This document shows positions 1 to 8,980 of a stretch of 64,000 bases of DNA, piece after piece. Below the pieces are notes generated by a model, which saw only the letters and a program-made list of their open reading frames with translations, ran no database searches and was not told where the DNA came from. Both the position numbers and the translations under genes were made by a program. Numbering within the stretch: the stretch's first letter is position 1; every line of letters begins with the position of its first letter. The DNA lies in assembly GCA_963809615.1 (NCBI GenBank), contig CAWEKR010000012.1, positions 401,317 to 465,316 of the forward strand, read 5' to 3'. This DNA is from an uncultured Chloroflexia bacterium. GTDB taxonomy: Bacteria > Chloroflexota > Anaerolineae > Anaerolineales > UBA4823.

Positions 1-586
1 AACCGGCAGTATCGGTCTGGTCAAAGTGCTCAAAGAGGAGCGGATGAACGATAAGCTGCGCATCCATTTCCTCGCCGGATTACAAGCAATGCAGGTTTAT
101 AACCAAATGTATGGTGTACTTGTTGGGTTGGCGAATAAGATGAGCACCAGCTGGCAGGATATTCCCGAATTGGTCGAAAAACAAGCCGAACAGCTCAGCG
201 CGACGCAAAAAGAATTGATGGCAGTGCATCAAGCGAGTGTCAAGGTTGAGGCCCGCGAGCTGGTTGAAAAGTCGGAGCTCCAGGATGGCATTCGTATGGT
301 GAAGGCCGCCTATAAAGGACGACCCATGACCGAGCTCCGCATGTTGGGGGATGAACTTAAAAAGGTGCCCGGGGTTATTGCGACCCTGTTCTCGTTCGAC
401 GGTCAAAAGGTATCCCTTATCGTTACCACTGGCGAGGACACCGGTAAGGATGCCCGTCTGCTCCTTCAAACGCAACTGGCTCCAATAGGAGGCCGAGGTG
501 GGGGTGATGCCAGGCTTGCGCAAGGGGGAGGTGTGGCAACGGAAGAACAGTATCGTCTTTTCCTTCAGCAGGCCGGCCTCGTGTAA
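1..586 (+). CDS. alaS: C-terminal fragment of alanine--tRNA ligase (or AlaX-type editing protein); 5' end is outside the window
   Basis: The frame is open from nt 2 (TGSIGLVKVLKEE..., resembling the editing-domain HTGxIG region). A helical stretch follows, then the C-Ala/DHHA1 signature GGRGGGDARLAQGGG near the C-terminus. Confidence 0.55.
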   Translation, partial: TGSIGLVKVLKEERMNDKLRIHFLAGLQAMQVYNQMYGVLVGLANKMSTSWQDIPELVEKQAEQLSATQKELMAVHQASVKVEARELVEKSELQDGIRMVKAAYKGRPMTELRMLGDELKKVPGVIATLFSFDGQKVSLIVTTGEDTGKDARLLLQTQLAPIGGRGGGDARLAQGGGVATEEQYRLFLQQAGLV

Positions 587-819
587 ATTTATAATAAATT
601 ATTCCGTCTGAGTCAGCTAATGAAACATCGGATTTGCTTCCTTATCAACATGTGTCAATTATTCTTCACAATTACCTGATAATTTACTGATTTGCGTGTT
701 TCTGCGTTGTTCTGCGGTGGATAATTCTTTCATGACTTATGTCAATCTGTGTGCATTTGGGGTAGATTTTACATTACCTCTGTTCTCTAATTGTGGTCAT
801 AATCTCTCATCATCGCAGC

Positions 820-848
820 TTGACGTATTGGTGATTCACTGGTAAACT
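820..848 (+). promoter_or_regulatory. sigma70-type promoter candidate for the cold-shock gene
   Basis: TTGACG (820-825), 17-nt spacer, TAAACT (843-848). This implies a ~145-nt 5' UTR ahead of ATG 999. Confidence 0.45.
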
Positions 849-998
849 ACCTTACTGTAGGAAAGCCAGAAAGTTCTCGTTGCACGTGTAATGAAGACGG
901 TCCAAGGCTAGATCCTTGGGCTGTTTTATTTTGACTGCTCCGATGGATTTGAAGGCGCACCACAACATCTTTTTTCATACCTTACGGAGGTAAATTCA

Positions 999-1208
999 AT
1001 GTCTGAAAGAATAGTCGGCACAGTCAAATGGTTCAACGGGAGCAAGGGTTACGGATTCTTGTCCCAGCCTGATGGCGCGGACGTTTTCGTTCACTACTCG
1101 GCGATCCAGTCTGACGGTTATCGCACTCTCCAGGAAGGCCAGAAGGTGGAGTTCTCCATCGAAAAAGGCCCCAAGGGATTGCAAGCTGCCAACGTTATCC
1201 CTATGTAA
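999..1208 (+). CDS. cspA: cold-shock protein, CspA family (CSD)
   Basis: The 69-aa product has the canonical RNP motifs KGYGFL and DVFVHYS ([31 protein letters not shown]). An RBS GGAGG lies 9 nt upstream. Confidence 0.93.
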   Translation: MSERIVGTVKWFNGSKGYGFLSQPDGADVFVHYSAIQSDGYRTLQEGQKVEFSIEKGPKGLQAANVIPM

Positions 1209-1235
1209 TTAACGAATAAAATAATAGGTCACCAT

Positions 1236-1267
1236 AGACCTGCCGCCGACCGGCAGGTCTTTTGTTT
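1236..1267 (+). terminator. intrinsic terminator after csp
   Basis: A perfect 10-bp stem AGACCTGCCG / CGGCAGGTCT with loop CCGAC is followed by TTTGTTT. Confidence 0.8.
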
Positions 1268-1358
1268 CCCCATGATGTTAATGCAAAATGTAATTTGGGT
1301 TACTCATTCCGGTGAAAACCATTTGGACAGTAGTCTTCCAGTTATAATTTGCTCTTGA

Positions 1359-2282
1359 ATGAAATTTATAAAAAGTAAAGTAGTCCTTATCTCAGTGTTC
1401 CTTGGTCTTCTCATTACCGTCTCTGCTTGCAGCATCGTAGGAGGCGGCTCGCAAGAGTCCACTCCCACACCTATGCCCACGTCAAGTGTCCCCGATTTGC
1501 AGGTCATCGCCCCACAAGCCTGCCGTGTAGCAGATCTGCGCATGATCCGCGTGGATGAGCCTCAAGGCGACCGGATTTCGTGGTCGCCAACTACAGATAC
1601 CGTTGCTTATATTGCTTCAACTCAGGGTTCGAGCTGGAATGTGGGTGAGCTGATTACATTATCGGCACCGCTATTCAATATGCCGGATAGTCTGGCGACC
1701 GGTGTGGCGGGAGAGCTGACTTGGGCTCCGGATGCGAGTGCCATTGCATACCTTGGGCTGCGTCGTAGCGATAATATGTATACCATCGGGCTGGCATTCC
1801 CCGATGGACGCACCTCGAAGGACCTGTTTCCCGATGAAGCCGCCAAAACAGATGATTACTCCAGCCAGAAATCTATCCAGGAATGGATGGATTCCAACCG
1901 CTTGCGGGTTTTCACCTCTTGCGGGGTTGATTGTTTGCAGGCGATTGATTTTAATGTCCTCACCGGTTTTTCCAGCCCGGTGGGTGCACCAATCCAAAGG
2001 AGCTGGGATACCTGGTCGGTCCATACCTACCAGCCCGCTAACCTGCTCGCTGCATTTGCAAAACTGACCGGACAACTTAACTGGTCACCAGATGAGAAGC
2101 GCATTGCTTACATTGATGACCTCGGTAATGCCTGGGTGATCAACGCCAGTGGAGGCAGCCTTTACCCGTTGGGTATCGGCCAGTACGGCACAGCTACTGA
2201 AACCGATTGGTCTCCTGATAGCCAATATTTGGCCGTCCAGGTGGACCAGAGTCTGATGATTTTCTCCTTTAATTGTCCATAA
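1359..2282 (+). CDS. lipoprotein with PD40/TolB-like beta-propeller repeats
   Basis: Signal peptide with lipobox (LLITVSAC). WSPD/WAPD-x-x-IAY repeats occur several times (WSPTTDTVAY, WAPDASAIAY, WSPDEKRIAY, WSPDSQYLAV). Confidence 0.7.
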   Translation: MKFIKSKVVLISVFLGLLITVSACSIVGGGSQESTPTPMPTSSVPDLQVIAPQACRVADLRMIRVDEPQGDRISWSPTTDTVAYIASTQGSSWNVGELITLSAPLFNMPDSLATGVAGELTWAPDASAIAYLGLRRSDNMYTIGLAFPDGRTSKDLFPDEAAKTDDYSSQKSIQEWMDSNRLRVFTSCGVDCLQAIDFNVLTGFSSPVGAPIQRSWDTWSVHTYQPANLLAAFAKLTGQLNWSPDEKRIAYIDDLGNAWVINASGGSLYPLGIGQYGTATETDWSPDSQYLAVQVDQSLMIFSFNCP

Positions 2283-2295
2283 TTGTGGAGCTGAT

Positions 2296-3690
2296 ATGAC
2301 CAATACACGTCTTGAGCATGATTTGTTGGGTCAGCGTGAGCTGCCGGATGAACATTATTATGGCATCCAGACCCTGCGGGCGGTTGAAAACTTCACGATT
2401 ACCGGCATTCCCATCTCACACTACCCACGCCTGGTTTACTCGCTGGCATATATAAAAAAAGCGGCTGCGTTGACCAATCTTGAGCTCGGTCTGCTTCCGG
2501 CTGACCTTGCCCAGGCGATTGTCCAGGCGTGTGATGATATCCTGCACGGGCTGCTGTTATCCGAGTTCGTCGTGGATGTCATCCAGGGTGGGGCTGGCAC
2601 TTCCACCAACATGAACGCCAATGAAGTCATCGCCAATCGCGCCCTCGAGCACCTGGGTCTCCCCAAGGGTCGATATGACATACTTCACCCGCTCAACCAC
2701 GTCAATTTGTCACAATCCACCAATGATGTCTATCCAACCGCGCTGCGCATTACCCTGAGTATGAAACTGGATGGTCTGCTCGTCGAGATGCAGTCACTGC
2801 AGCGCGCTCTTGACGCCAAGGGGGTTGAATTTTCTGACGTGATCAAGATGGGTCGCACCCAGCTTCAGGACGCTGTACCAATGACATTGGGTCAGGAATT
2901 CACAGCCTGGGGGGTTACCGTTGGTGAGGATATCTCCCGTGTGCGAGAGGCCCAATCGCTGATCCACGAGGTTAATCTGGGCGCCACTGCCATCGGTACT
3001 GGGTTAAATGCACCGCCGAAATACGCTGAGCTGATTACTGCCAGGCTGAAAGAGCTGAGTGGGATTCCTGTCGTTCAATCGCCAAACCTGGTGGAAGCCA
3101 CGCAGGATACCGGGGCATATGTCCAGCTTTCAGGTGTGCTCAAGCGGGTGGCTGTCAAGCTCTCCAAGATCAGCAATGACCTGCGCCTGCTCTCGTCGGG
3201 TCCACGCGCCGGTCTTGGAGAGATCAACCTGCCCCCCATGGCCCCTGGCTCCTCCATCATGCCGGGGAAAGTCAATCCGATCATCCCGGAGGTGGTCAAC
3301 CAGGTGGCTTTTGAGGTGATAGGCAATGACCTGACGGTGACCATGGCTGCAGAAGCCGGTCAGCTGGAGCTTAATGCAATGGAGCCGGTCATTGCGTATA
3401 GCCTGTTCACTTCGCTGGATATGCTTGGACGCGCCTGTCGTACGCTGGTCACTCGCTGCATCCTTGGCATCACCGCAAACCGTGAACATTGCCGGCAGCA
3501 GGTGGAGAATAGTATTGGCTTGGTAACCGCGCTCAATCCATTATTAGGCTATGAAAAAGCCACCGAGATCGCTGAAGAAGCCCTTCGCACAGGCAAATCA
3601 GTGGTGGATGTAGTGCTAGACAAAGGCTACCTCAGCCGTGAGCAGCTGGAACAGGTGCTTTCACCGCATCGAATGATCCGCCCAGAGTAA
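2296..3690 (+). CDS. aspA: aspartate ammonia-lyase (fumarate-lyase superfamily)
   Basis: The N-terminus RLEHDLLGQRELPDEHYYGIQTLRAVENF is typical of aspartase. The superfamily signature GSSIMPGKVNP is present, and the 464-aa length fits. Confidence 0.85.
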   Translation: MTNTRLEHDLLGQRELPDEHYYGIQTLRAVENFTITGIPISHYPRLVYSLAYIKKAAALTNLELGLLPADLAQAIVQACDDILHGLLLSEFVVDVIQGGAGTSTNMNANEVIANRALEHLGLPKGRYDILHPLNHVNLSQSTNDVYPTALRITLSMKLDGLLVEMQSLQRALDAKGVEFSDVIKMGRTQLQDAVPMTLGQEFTAWGVTVGEDISRVREAQSLIHEVNLGATAIGTGLNAPPKYAELITARLKELSGIPVVQSPNLVEATQDTGAYVQLSGVLKRVAVKLSKISNDLRLLSSGPRAGLGEINLPPMAPGSSIMPGKVNPIIPEVVNQVAFEVIGNDLTVTMAAEAGQLELNAMEPVIAYSLFTSLDMLGRACRTLVTRCILGITANREHCRQQVENSIGLVTALNPLLGYEKATEIAEEALRTGKSVVDVVLDKGYLSREQLEQVLSPHRMIRPE

Positions 3691-3818
3691 CATCATCAAT
3701 AAAAAATTAGACCTCGCAAGCATTAATCGCCTGTAAGGTCTTGATTTCCTGAATTCGCAGGAAATTCATTCCAGTATTCGGTTTTTCCTTTCGTTAAACT
3801 CTAAATCGAACGCCAGAT

Positions 3819-5183
3819 TTATAAGACTGCACCTACATTGAAAATCTCTGACGGCAGCTCAATATTGTTGATGGCGAACTTCTCCGCAAATTTGGGCCTC
3901 AAACCAGTGGATTTCAAAGAACCGATCACCCGCCCGTTCTGGATACCGGTCTGATCAAACAGGAACAGGTCTTGCATGATGATCGTATCCCCTTCCATCC
4001 CTTGAACCTCGGCCACGTGCACCACTTTACGCGTTCCATCTCGCAGGCGCTCCATGTGGACGATGAGCTCGATGGCCGATGATACCTGTTCGCGGATCGC
4101 CCGTAAGGGTAATTCCAGCCCTGCCATCAGCACCATGGTCTCGATTCGGCGCAGAGTATCGCGCGGGCTGTTGGAGTGGATCGTGGTCATGGAACCATCA
4201 TGACCTGTATTCATTGCCTGGAGCATATCCAGGGCTTCCCCTCCACGTGCCTCACCCACGATGATGCGGTCTGGGCGCATACGCAGCGAGTTGATCACCA
4301 GCTGTCTGATGGTGACCTCTCCCTTGCCTTCCACGTTCGAAGGTCGTTTTTCAAGCCGTCCGACATGTTCCTGTTTAAGCTGTAGCTCAGCGATATCTTC
4401 GATCGTGATGATGCGCTCGTGGCTTGGGATGAAAGCGGAGACTACGTTTAAAAATGTGGTTTTTCCAGACCCAGTTCCCCCAGAGATAACGATATTAACG
4501 CGGGCTTCCACACAAGCCTTTAAAAAGTTTGCCAGAGCAGTGGTTATTGTGCCGTTTGCCACCAGGTCTTGCGAGGTGAAGGGCGTTTGAGCGAACTTGC
4601 GGATCGTCATCATCGGTCCGATGAGCGAAAGCGGTGGGATGATCACATTAACGCGGTATCCGTTTGGCAGGCGGGCATCCACCATGGGGGATGATTCATC
4701 CACGCGCCTCCCCAGCGGTGCGACAATGCGATCGACAATGCGCATCAGGTGTTCTTCATTCTCGAAGGTAATCCGTGTCTTCTCAACTTTGCCATAGCGT
4801 TCGACATAAATGTTGTCATAACCATTGACCATGACCTCGGTAATGGTAGGCTCATTAAGCAATGGCTCTAATGGACCAAACCCCAATATATCGGCAATTA
4901 CCCAATCCAGCAAGCGCGCACGCACCGCCCGGGTATACAGGAGGTTTTCCTCCGATAGTACCCGGTTGAACAAGGCTTCGATCATCTGGTGCATTTGAGG
5001 GATATGCGTCAGGTCCACTTCTCCATCGGCTTCAGCCAGCAATCTGCGCTGAACGCGATCCCGGATCATATACGCATCGGAGGTGATATTGTCACCTGCG
5101 CCAACGATCTTGGCTTCTGCTAAAATATCATACTCATTTGGGCCGATTGTGTGACCATTCTTCGCTGGTCGGTTGGTAAACAT
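3819..5183 (-). CDS. cpaF: Tad/Flp pilus secretion ATPase, CpaF/TadA family
   Basis: Walker A GGTGSGKTT, the T2SS/T4SS ATPase core (IITIEDIAEL, RMRPDRIIVGEARG, His box TGHDGSMTTIHSNS), and position in the tad operon. Confidence 0.9.
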   Translation of the reverse strand: MFTNRPAKNGHTIGPNEYDILAEAKIVGAGDNITSDAYMIRDRVQRRLLAEADGEVDLTHIPQMHQMIEALFNRVLSEENLLYTRAVRARLLDWVIADILGFGPLEPLLNEPTITEVMVNGYDNIYVERYGKVEKTRITFENEEHLMRIVDRIVAPLGRRVDESSPMVDARLPNGYRVNVIIPPLSLIGPMMTIRKFAQTPFTSQDLVANGTITTALANFLKACVEARVNIVISGGTGSGKTTFLNVVSAFIPSHERIITIEDIAELQLKQEHVGRLEKRPSNVEGKGEVTIRQLVINSLRMRPDRIIVGEARGGEALDMLQAMNTGHDGSMTTIHSNSPRDTLRRIETMVLMAGLELPLRAIREQVSSAIELIVHMERLRDGTRKVVHVAEVQGMEGDTIIMQDLFLFDQTGIQNGRVIGSLKSTGLRPKFAEKFAINNIELPSEIFNVGAVL

Positions 5184-5203
5184 GACGCTATTATCCTTTT
5201 CCC

Positions 5204-6970
5204 TTATGGCAGGGTGGGTATGATCAGCTGCGTATTTGGTGTCAATCGCGGCTGGTTATTCATATCATTCGCCGATAATATTGCCGCCACTGTGGTGTTG
5301 TAGCGGTGGGCAAGCATGGACAAGTAATCGCCATTTTTGACCGTGACTACCGTAGACTGGTCATAGGCTTTTACCCGGTTGCTTATCAGGTTGCGATAAG
5401 CATAAAACGCACTTTGAAAATCACCTGCAGACGCTAAATAAGCAGCATAGTTAAGGCTCTCAGCAAGTGGACCTTGCAATACAAGGATGCGATCACGTAA
5501 ACCTATCGTGGCCAAAGCCTCTTGGTAGATCTGCACAGCCTGTTGGTAGTGGTTTAACAATCCCTGTGCCTCACCGATCATGACCTGAGCCTCGAAGGTA
5601 AGTGGAGCCGAGTCAGATAATTGCTGTGCTAAAACTGCTGCCCTCTGGAAATCGTCCAATGCGAGCGAATATTCTCCTGCGGCGATATAATCTGAACCGC
5701 GCGCAATATAGGTATCATATAGGGTCTGTACGGCAGTACCATTCGCATAGCCGGCTTCCTGCTGGATCACATACTCCAGCTGATCGACGACTGAATCCCA
5801 TTTGCTGATGTTAAAATCGCTGATCGCCTGTATATAGGTTTGCGCAAGCTGGAATTGGAATAATACGCTCGGGTCGTTTGACCGGACCATCAGAGCCTTA
5901 CTCAGTAAGAACTCGGCAGATTGCTGGGCTTCTATGGAATCCGGAGCATTGGCGAGCACCGACTGTGCCTGCTTGACGTAATCATTGATAATGCCGTCTT
6001 CAATATACGATCTCACCTGTGTTCGAGCCGCCAGCGCTTCGCGATCCAATGGTTTTATCGCCAGGGCTTGGGTGAAATAATTATCTACCGTCTTCAAATT
6101 ATCCAATGTAGGAACGGGGTTGGATAACAAATCTTGGGCTGCCTCAATATAACTTTGAAAAAGTTTTTCGTTCACAGCCGTGGTCTCAAAGCCTGGGTCC
6201 ATGATGCGGATGGATTCATAGCTGGTTACCGCATCCTCGTATCGACCTTCTGCAAACGCCTGGTCGGCTTGCTGCAAAAAAGAGTTGAGTTCTGTTTTCG
6301 ATTGTAAGTCCTTGATTTGCAAGGACACATCCCGATAATTGGGTATTTTCCCACTGATTTCCTGTAGGATCGCCAGAGCCTGGGCAGAATCCCCAGCTTG
6401 GAGCAAGTTCATCGCCTGGATATATTGGATCTCAACTTCCTTTAAAGCTTGGGCTTGGTTGATAGCTTCTGTTACGCCCGGGAAATCCGGATTTTTGGCT
6501 TTGATAGATTCAAACGCTTTTACCGCTTCTTCAGAATTTCCTGCTGTAAGCAGCTGCTGCGCGTTACGAAATTCGACTCCCAGCTGGGCTTGCTGCCAGT
6601 TTTGTTCGATACCTGCCTGGGTTTTCGCCCACTGCTCCCGGATTGAGCCAGAATAGGTATAAATTCCAAAGACTGAACCGCTTATGAGCAAAAGGGACAC
6701 AAATAGCCATAGTCCGTACTTGATTAGATTATGACGCTTCTTTTGTTTGTTTTCTTCTACCTCATACTCAGAAATGCGAGAACGGATTTCCATTTCCTGG
6801 CGTATGGATCTGATATCAGGGCTCGTGGGGAAATTACTCTCTACTTCGTCTAATTTTGAGAATCCTTCGCCCCATTTTCCCACCCGAAAATATCCCATTG
6901 CTTCATGGAATGGATCTGATTCCATAAACGATCCGGTTTCATTCGAACTCATGCTTCCTCCATAATTCAC
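5204..6970 (-). CDS. single-pass membrane protein with TPR-like repeats and a C-terminal LysM domain
   Basis: A TM helix (YGLWLFVSLLLISGSVFGIY) lies near residue 100, followed by a long helical repeat region. The C-terminus VTVKNGDYLSMLAHRYNTTVAAILSANDM...TQLIIP matches the LysM pattern. Confidence 0.65.
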   Translation of the reverse strand: MNYGGSMSSNETGSFMESDPFHEAMGYFRVGKWGEGFSKLDEVESNFPTSPDIRSIRQEMEIRSRISEYEVEENKQKKRHNLIKYGLWLFVSLLLISGSVFGIYTYSGSIREQWAKTQAGIEQNWQQAQLGVEFRNAQQLLTAGNSEEAVKAFESIKAKNPDFPGVTEAINQAQALKEVEIQYIQAMNLLQAGDSAQALAILQEISGKIPNYRDVSLQIKDLQSKTELNSFLQQADQAFAEGRYEDAVTSYESIRIMDPGFETTAVNEKLFQSYIEAAQDLLSNPVPTLDNLKTVDNYFTQALAIKPLDREALAARTQVRSYIEDGIINDYVKQAQSVLANAPDSIEAQQSAEFLLSKALMVRSNDPSVLFQFQLAQTYIQAISDFNISKWDSVVDQLEYVIQQEAGYANGTAVQTLYDTYIARGSDYIAAGEYSLALDDFQRAAVLAQQLSDSAPLTFEAQVMIGEAQGLLNHYQQAVQIYQEALATIGLRDRILVLQGPLAESLNYAAYLASAGDFQSAFYAYRNLISNRVKAYDQSTVVTVKNGDYLSMLAHRYNTTVAAILSANDMNNQPRLTPNTQLIIPTLP

Positions 6971-7000
6971 TTCTCATCACCACGTTCGTCTCAGATACAA

Positions 7001-7969
7001 CTAAAAGTTTTTGAATACTTCCATTATTGTCGGGATGGCTGGTCCGAGGATTACTGCGAGTAAGGCGGGGAAGATCAAAATTGCCATGGGTATGAGCATC
7101 TTGATCGGTGCTCTCTGGGCTTGTTCCTGTGCCCTGAAGCGTCGCTCAATCCGCATTTGTTCTGCCTGAGCGTGAAGTGTGTCACTGATACTCATCCCCA
7201 GCTGTTCGGTCTGCAGGATGAGAGCTACGAAGCTAGCGATTTCACGGATCTCCAGCCGGTCAGAAAGGTTCTTGAGCGCGTCCCGGCGGGTCAATCCCAT
7301 TTCCATTTCGTTTATCACGCGTCCGAATTCATGACCAATTGGCGTATCCCAATATTCGCTCACCCTCTGCAAGGATTGGTCAAACCCAAGCCCTGCGGTG
7401 GCACATACACTCAGCATATCCAGCGCATCCGGCAAACCTTTCCTGACTTTATTTTGCCTGTTGGTCACACGGTTTTGGAGCCAGGCTTTTGGCGCATAAT
7501 ATAAGAAGATCAAGGTCATGATGCTCAAGAGTACATTCATCGTGGATGTGCCCTGCCGGATAATCAAGAACGCCAGGTACACTCCCAATAATGTCGACGC
7601 CATGCTGATGCCATAATACTCCCGTGCACCCAGGTTCATCGGGTTGCCCGCGATTAGCAGTTTCCGTGAGATATTCTCAATTGCCCCAGCAGGGGTGATG
7701 CGACCAAAAAACCGTCCCACCCATTTGATCGCAGGTGTAAAAATGCGGTTGAAAAAGGATCCTGTGATAATCCTGGGTTGGATCCTGGTTACATTCCCGT
7801 GGCCGACTGAATTTTGCAATGAGGTTTCGACATATTGGACCAGGCGTTTGTCAAGGCTGCCTGACCTCAACCAACGTACTCCCAGGGCAATGACGGTCAA
7901 GCCTGCGATACCGAGTGCGAAACTGATAATAATTTGCATATACTGCTGCATATGACCTACCTCATACAT
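7001..7969 (-). CDS. tadC: Tad pilus platform protein TadC (T2SS F family)
   Basis: Polytopic membrane protein with a T2SSF-type cytoplasmic domain (LPDALDMLSVCATAGLGFDQSL). It overlaps tadB by 8 nt. Confidence 0.8.
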   Translation of the reverse strand: MYEVGHMQQYMQIIISFALGIAGLTVIALGVRWLRSGSLDKRLVQYVETSLQNSVGHGNVTRIQPRIITGSFFNRIFTPAIKWVGRFFGRITPAGAIENISRKLLIAGNPMNLGAREYYGISMASTLLGVYLAFLIIRQGTSTMNVLLSIMTLIFLYYAPKAWLQNRVTNRQNKVRKGLPDALDMLSVCATAGLGFDQSLQRVSEYWDTPIGHEFGRVINEMEMGLTRRDALKNLSDRLEIREIASFVALILQTEQLGMSISDTLHAQAEQMRIERRFRAQEQAQRAPIKMLIPMAILIFPALLAVILGPAIPTIMEVFKNF

Positions 7970-8951
7970 CGATTCTGGCTAGGCGCCTGACGGCAATGTT
8001 ACCAACGATGACCATGAATACCGCACCAATCGGGATGCACAATAGCACTGCCTCTGGTGGTCTGAACAGGCGCATCATATAGGTGGGATTGATAAAAAAC
8101 AAGCCAGCTGCCATGGCAATAGGCAAAAATGTAAGGATGTAACTGCCAAATCTTTGTTGAGCCGTAAGTACACGCACTTCAGCAAACAAACGCACCCGTT
8201 CACGGATGGTTTCAGTGACTGCTTCTAGCATGGTGACGATATTCCCACCTACTTGCGAATTGATATTGATTGCAGTAACGGCGAGATATAAGTCATCATT
8301 TTCCATCCGGGCGACCAGATTGGTGAGTGCCTGACTCAACGATAAACCCAGACCAATTTCATGCCTTACTCGCCTGAATTCTTCCGACGCGGGAGCTTTC
8401 AATTCCTTGCTGACGACATCGATTGCTTGCGGTAAGCTGTAACCGGCTCGTACTGCACCGGTCATGAGCACAAGCACATCCACTAGCTGCCTGCTGAAAT
8501 TCATGCGCCTTTGTGAGATCGACCGCTTCAACACTAAATCTGGAATGAAGTAGGCAATTACCGCCAGACCAATCCCTGATATGGCAGTCCGGGCGATAAG
8601 CGTCCCTAATAGGAATGCCAGTATTACGCTGGATATCCTGATGAGCATATATTCGGTCTCTGTGATTGGCCAGTTAGCGCTCATCAGCTGGAGGTTGAGC
8701 TGTTCTGAGGTTAATCCAGACAGCATGTTGTTCAGCCGCAGTCGTAAACGCAGCACTCCAACACGTCGTCTTTGTCCAACCGCCGGTTGATTGGATTCTT
8801 CAGGCAGCGTTACATACGTCGCCAACCGGGATCCGACGTCTTGACCGGCGTTGAAAATATCCCGAAGACCATAGATCACCAACCCGTAAGCGATCAGGAT
8901 AACGATCACGACGGATATAACGAGAACGACAAGGAGGGCAAAAGAGGGCAT
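7962..8951 (-). CDS. tadB: Tad pilus platform protein TadB (T2SS F family)
   Basis: T2SSF-type domain (QLVDVLVLMTGAVRAGYSLPQAI) with N- and C-terminal TM helices, in operon context. Confidence 0.8.
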   Translation of the reverse strand: MPSFALLVVLVISVVIVILIAYGLVIYGLRDIFNAGQDVGSRLATYVTLPEESNQPAVGQRRRVGVLRLRLRLNNMLSGLTSEQLNLQLMSANWPITETEYMLIRISSVILAFLLGTLIARTAISGIGLAVIAYFIPDLVLKRSISQRRMNFSRQLVDVLVLMTGAVRAGYSLPQAIDVVSKELKAPASEEFRRVRHEIGLGLSLSQALTNLVARMENDDLYLAVTAININSQVGGNIVTMLEAVTETIRERVRLFAEVRVLTAQQRFGSYILTFLPIAMAAGLFFINPTYMMRLFRPPEAVLLCIPIGAVFMVIVGNIAVRRLARIDV

Positions 8952-8980
8952 TCTAAGAATTCCTATTGTGTCCTTTATCT

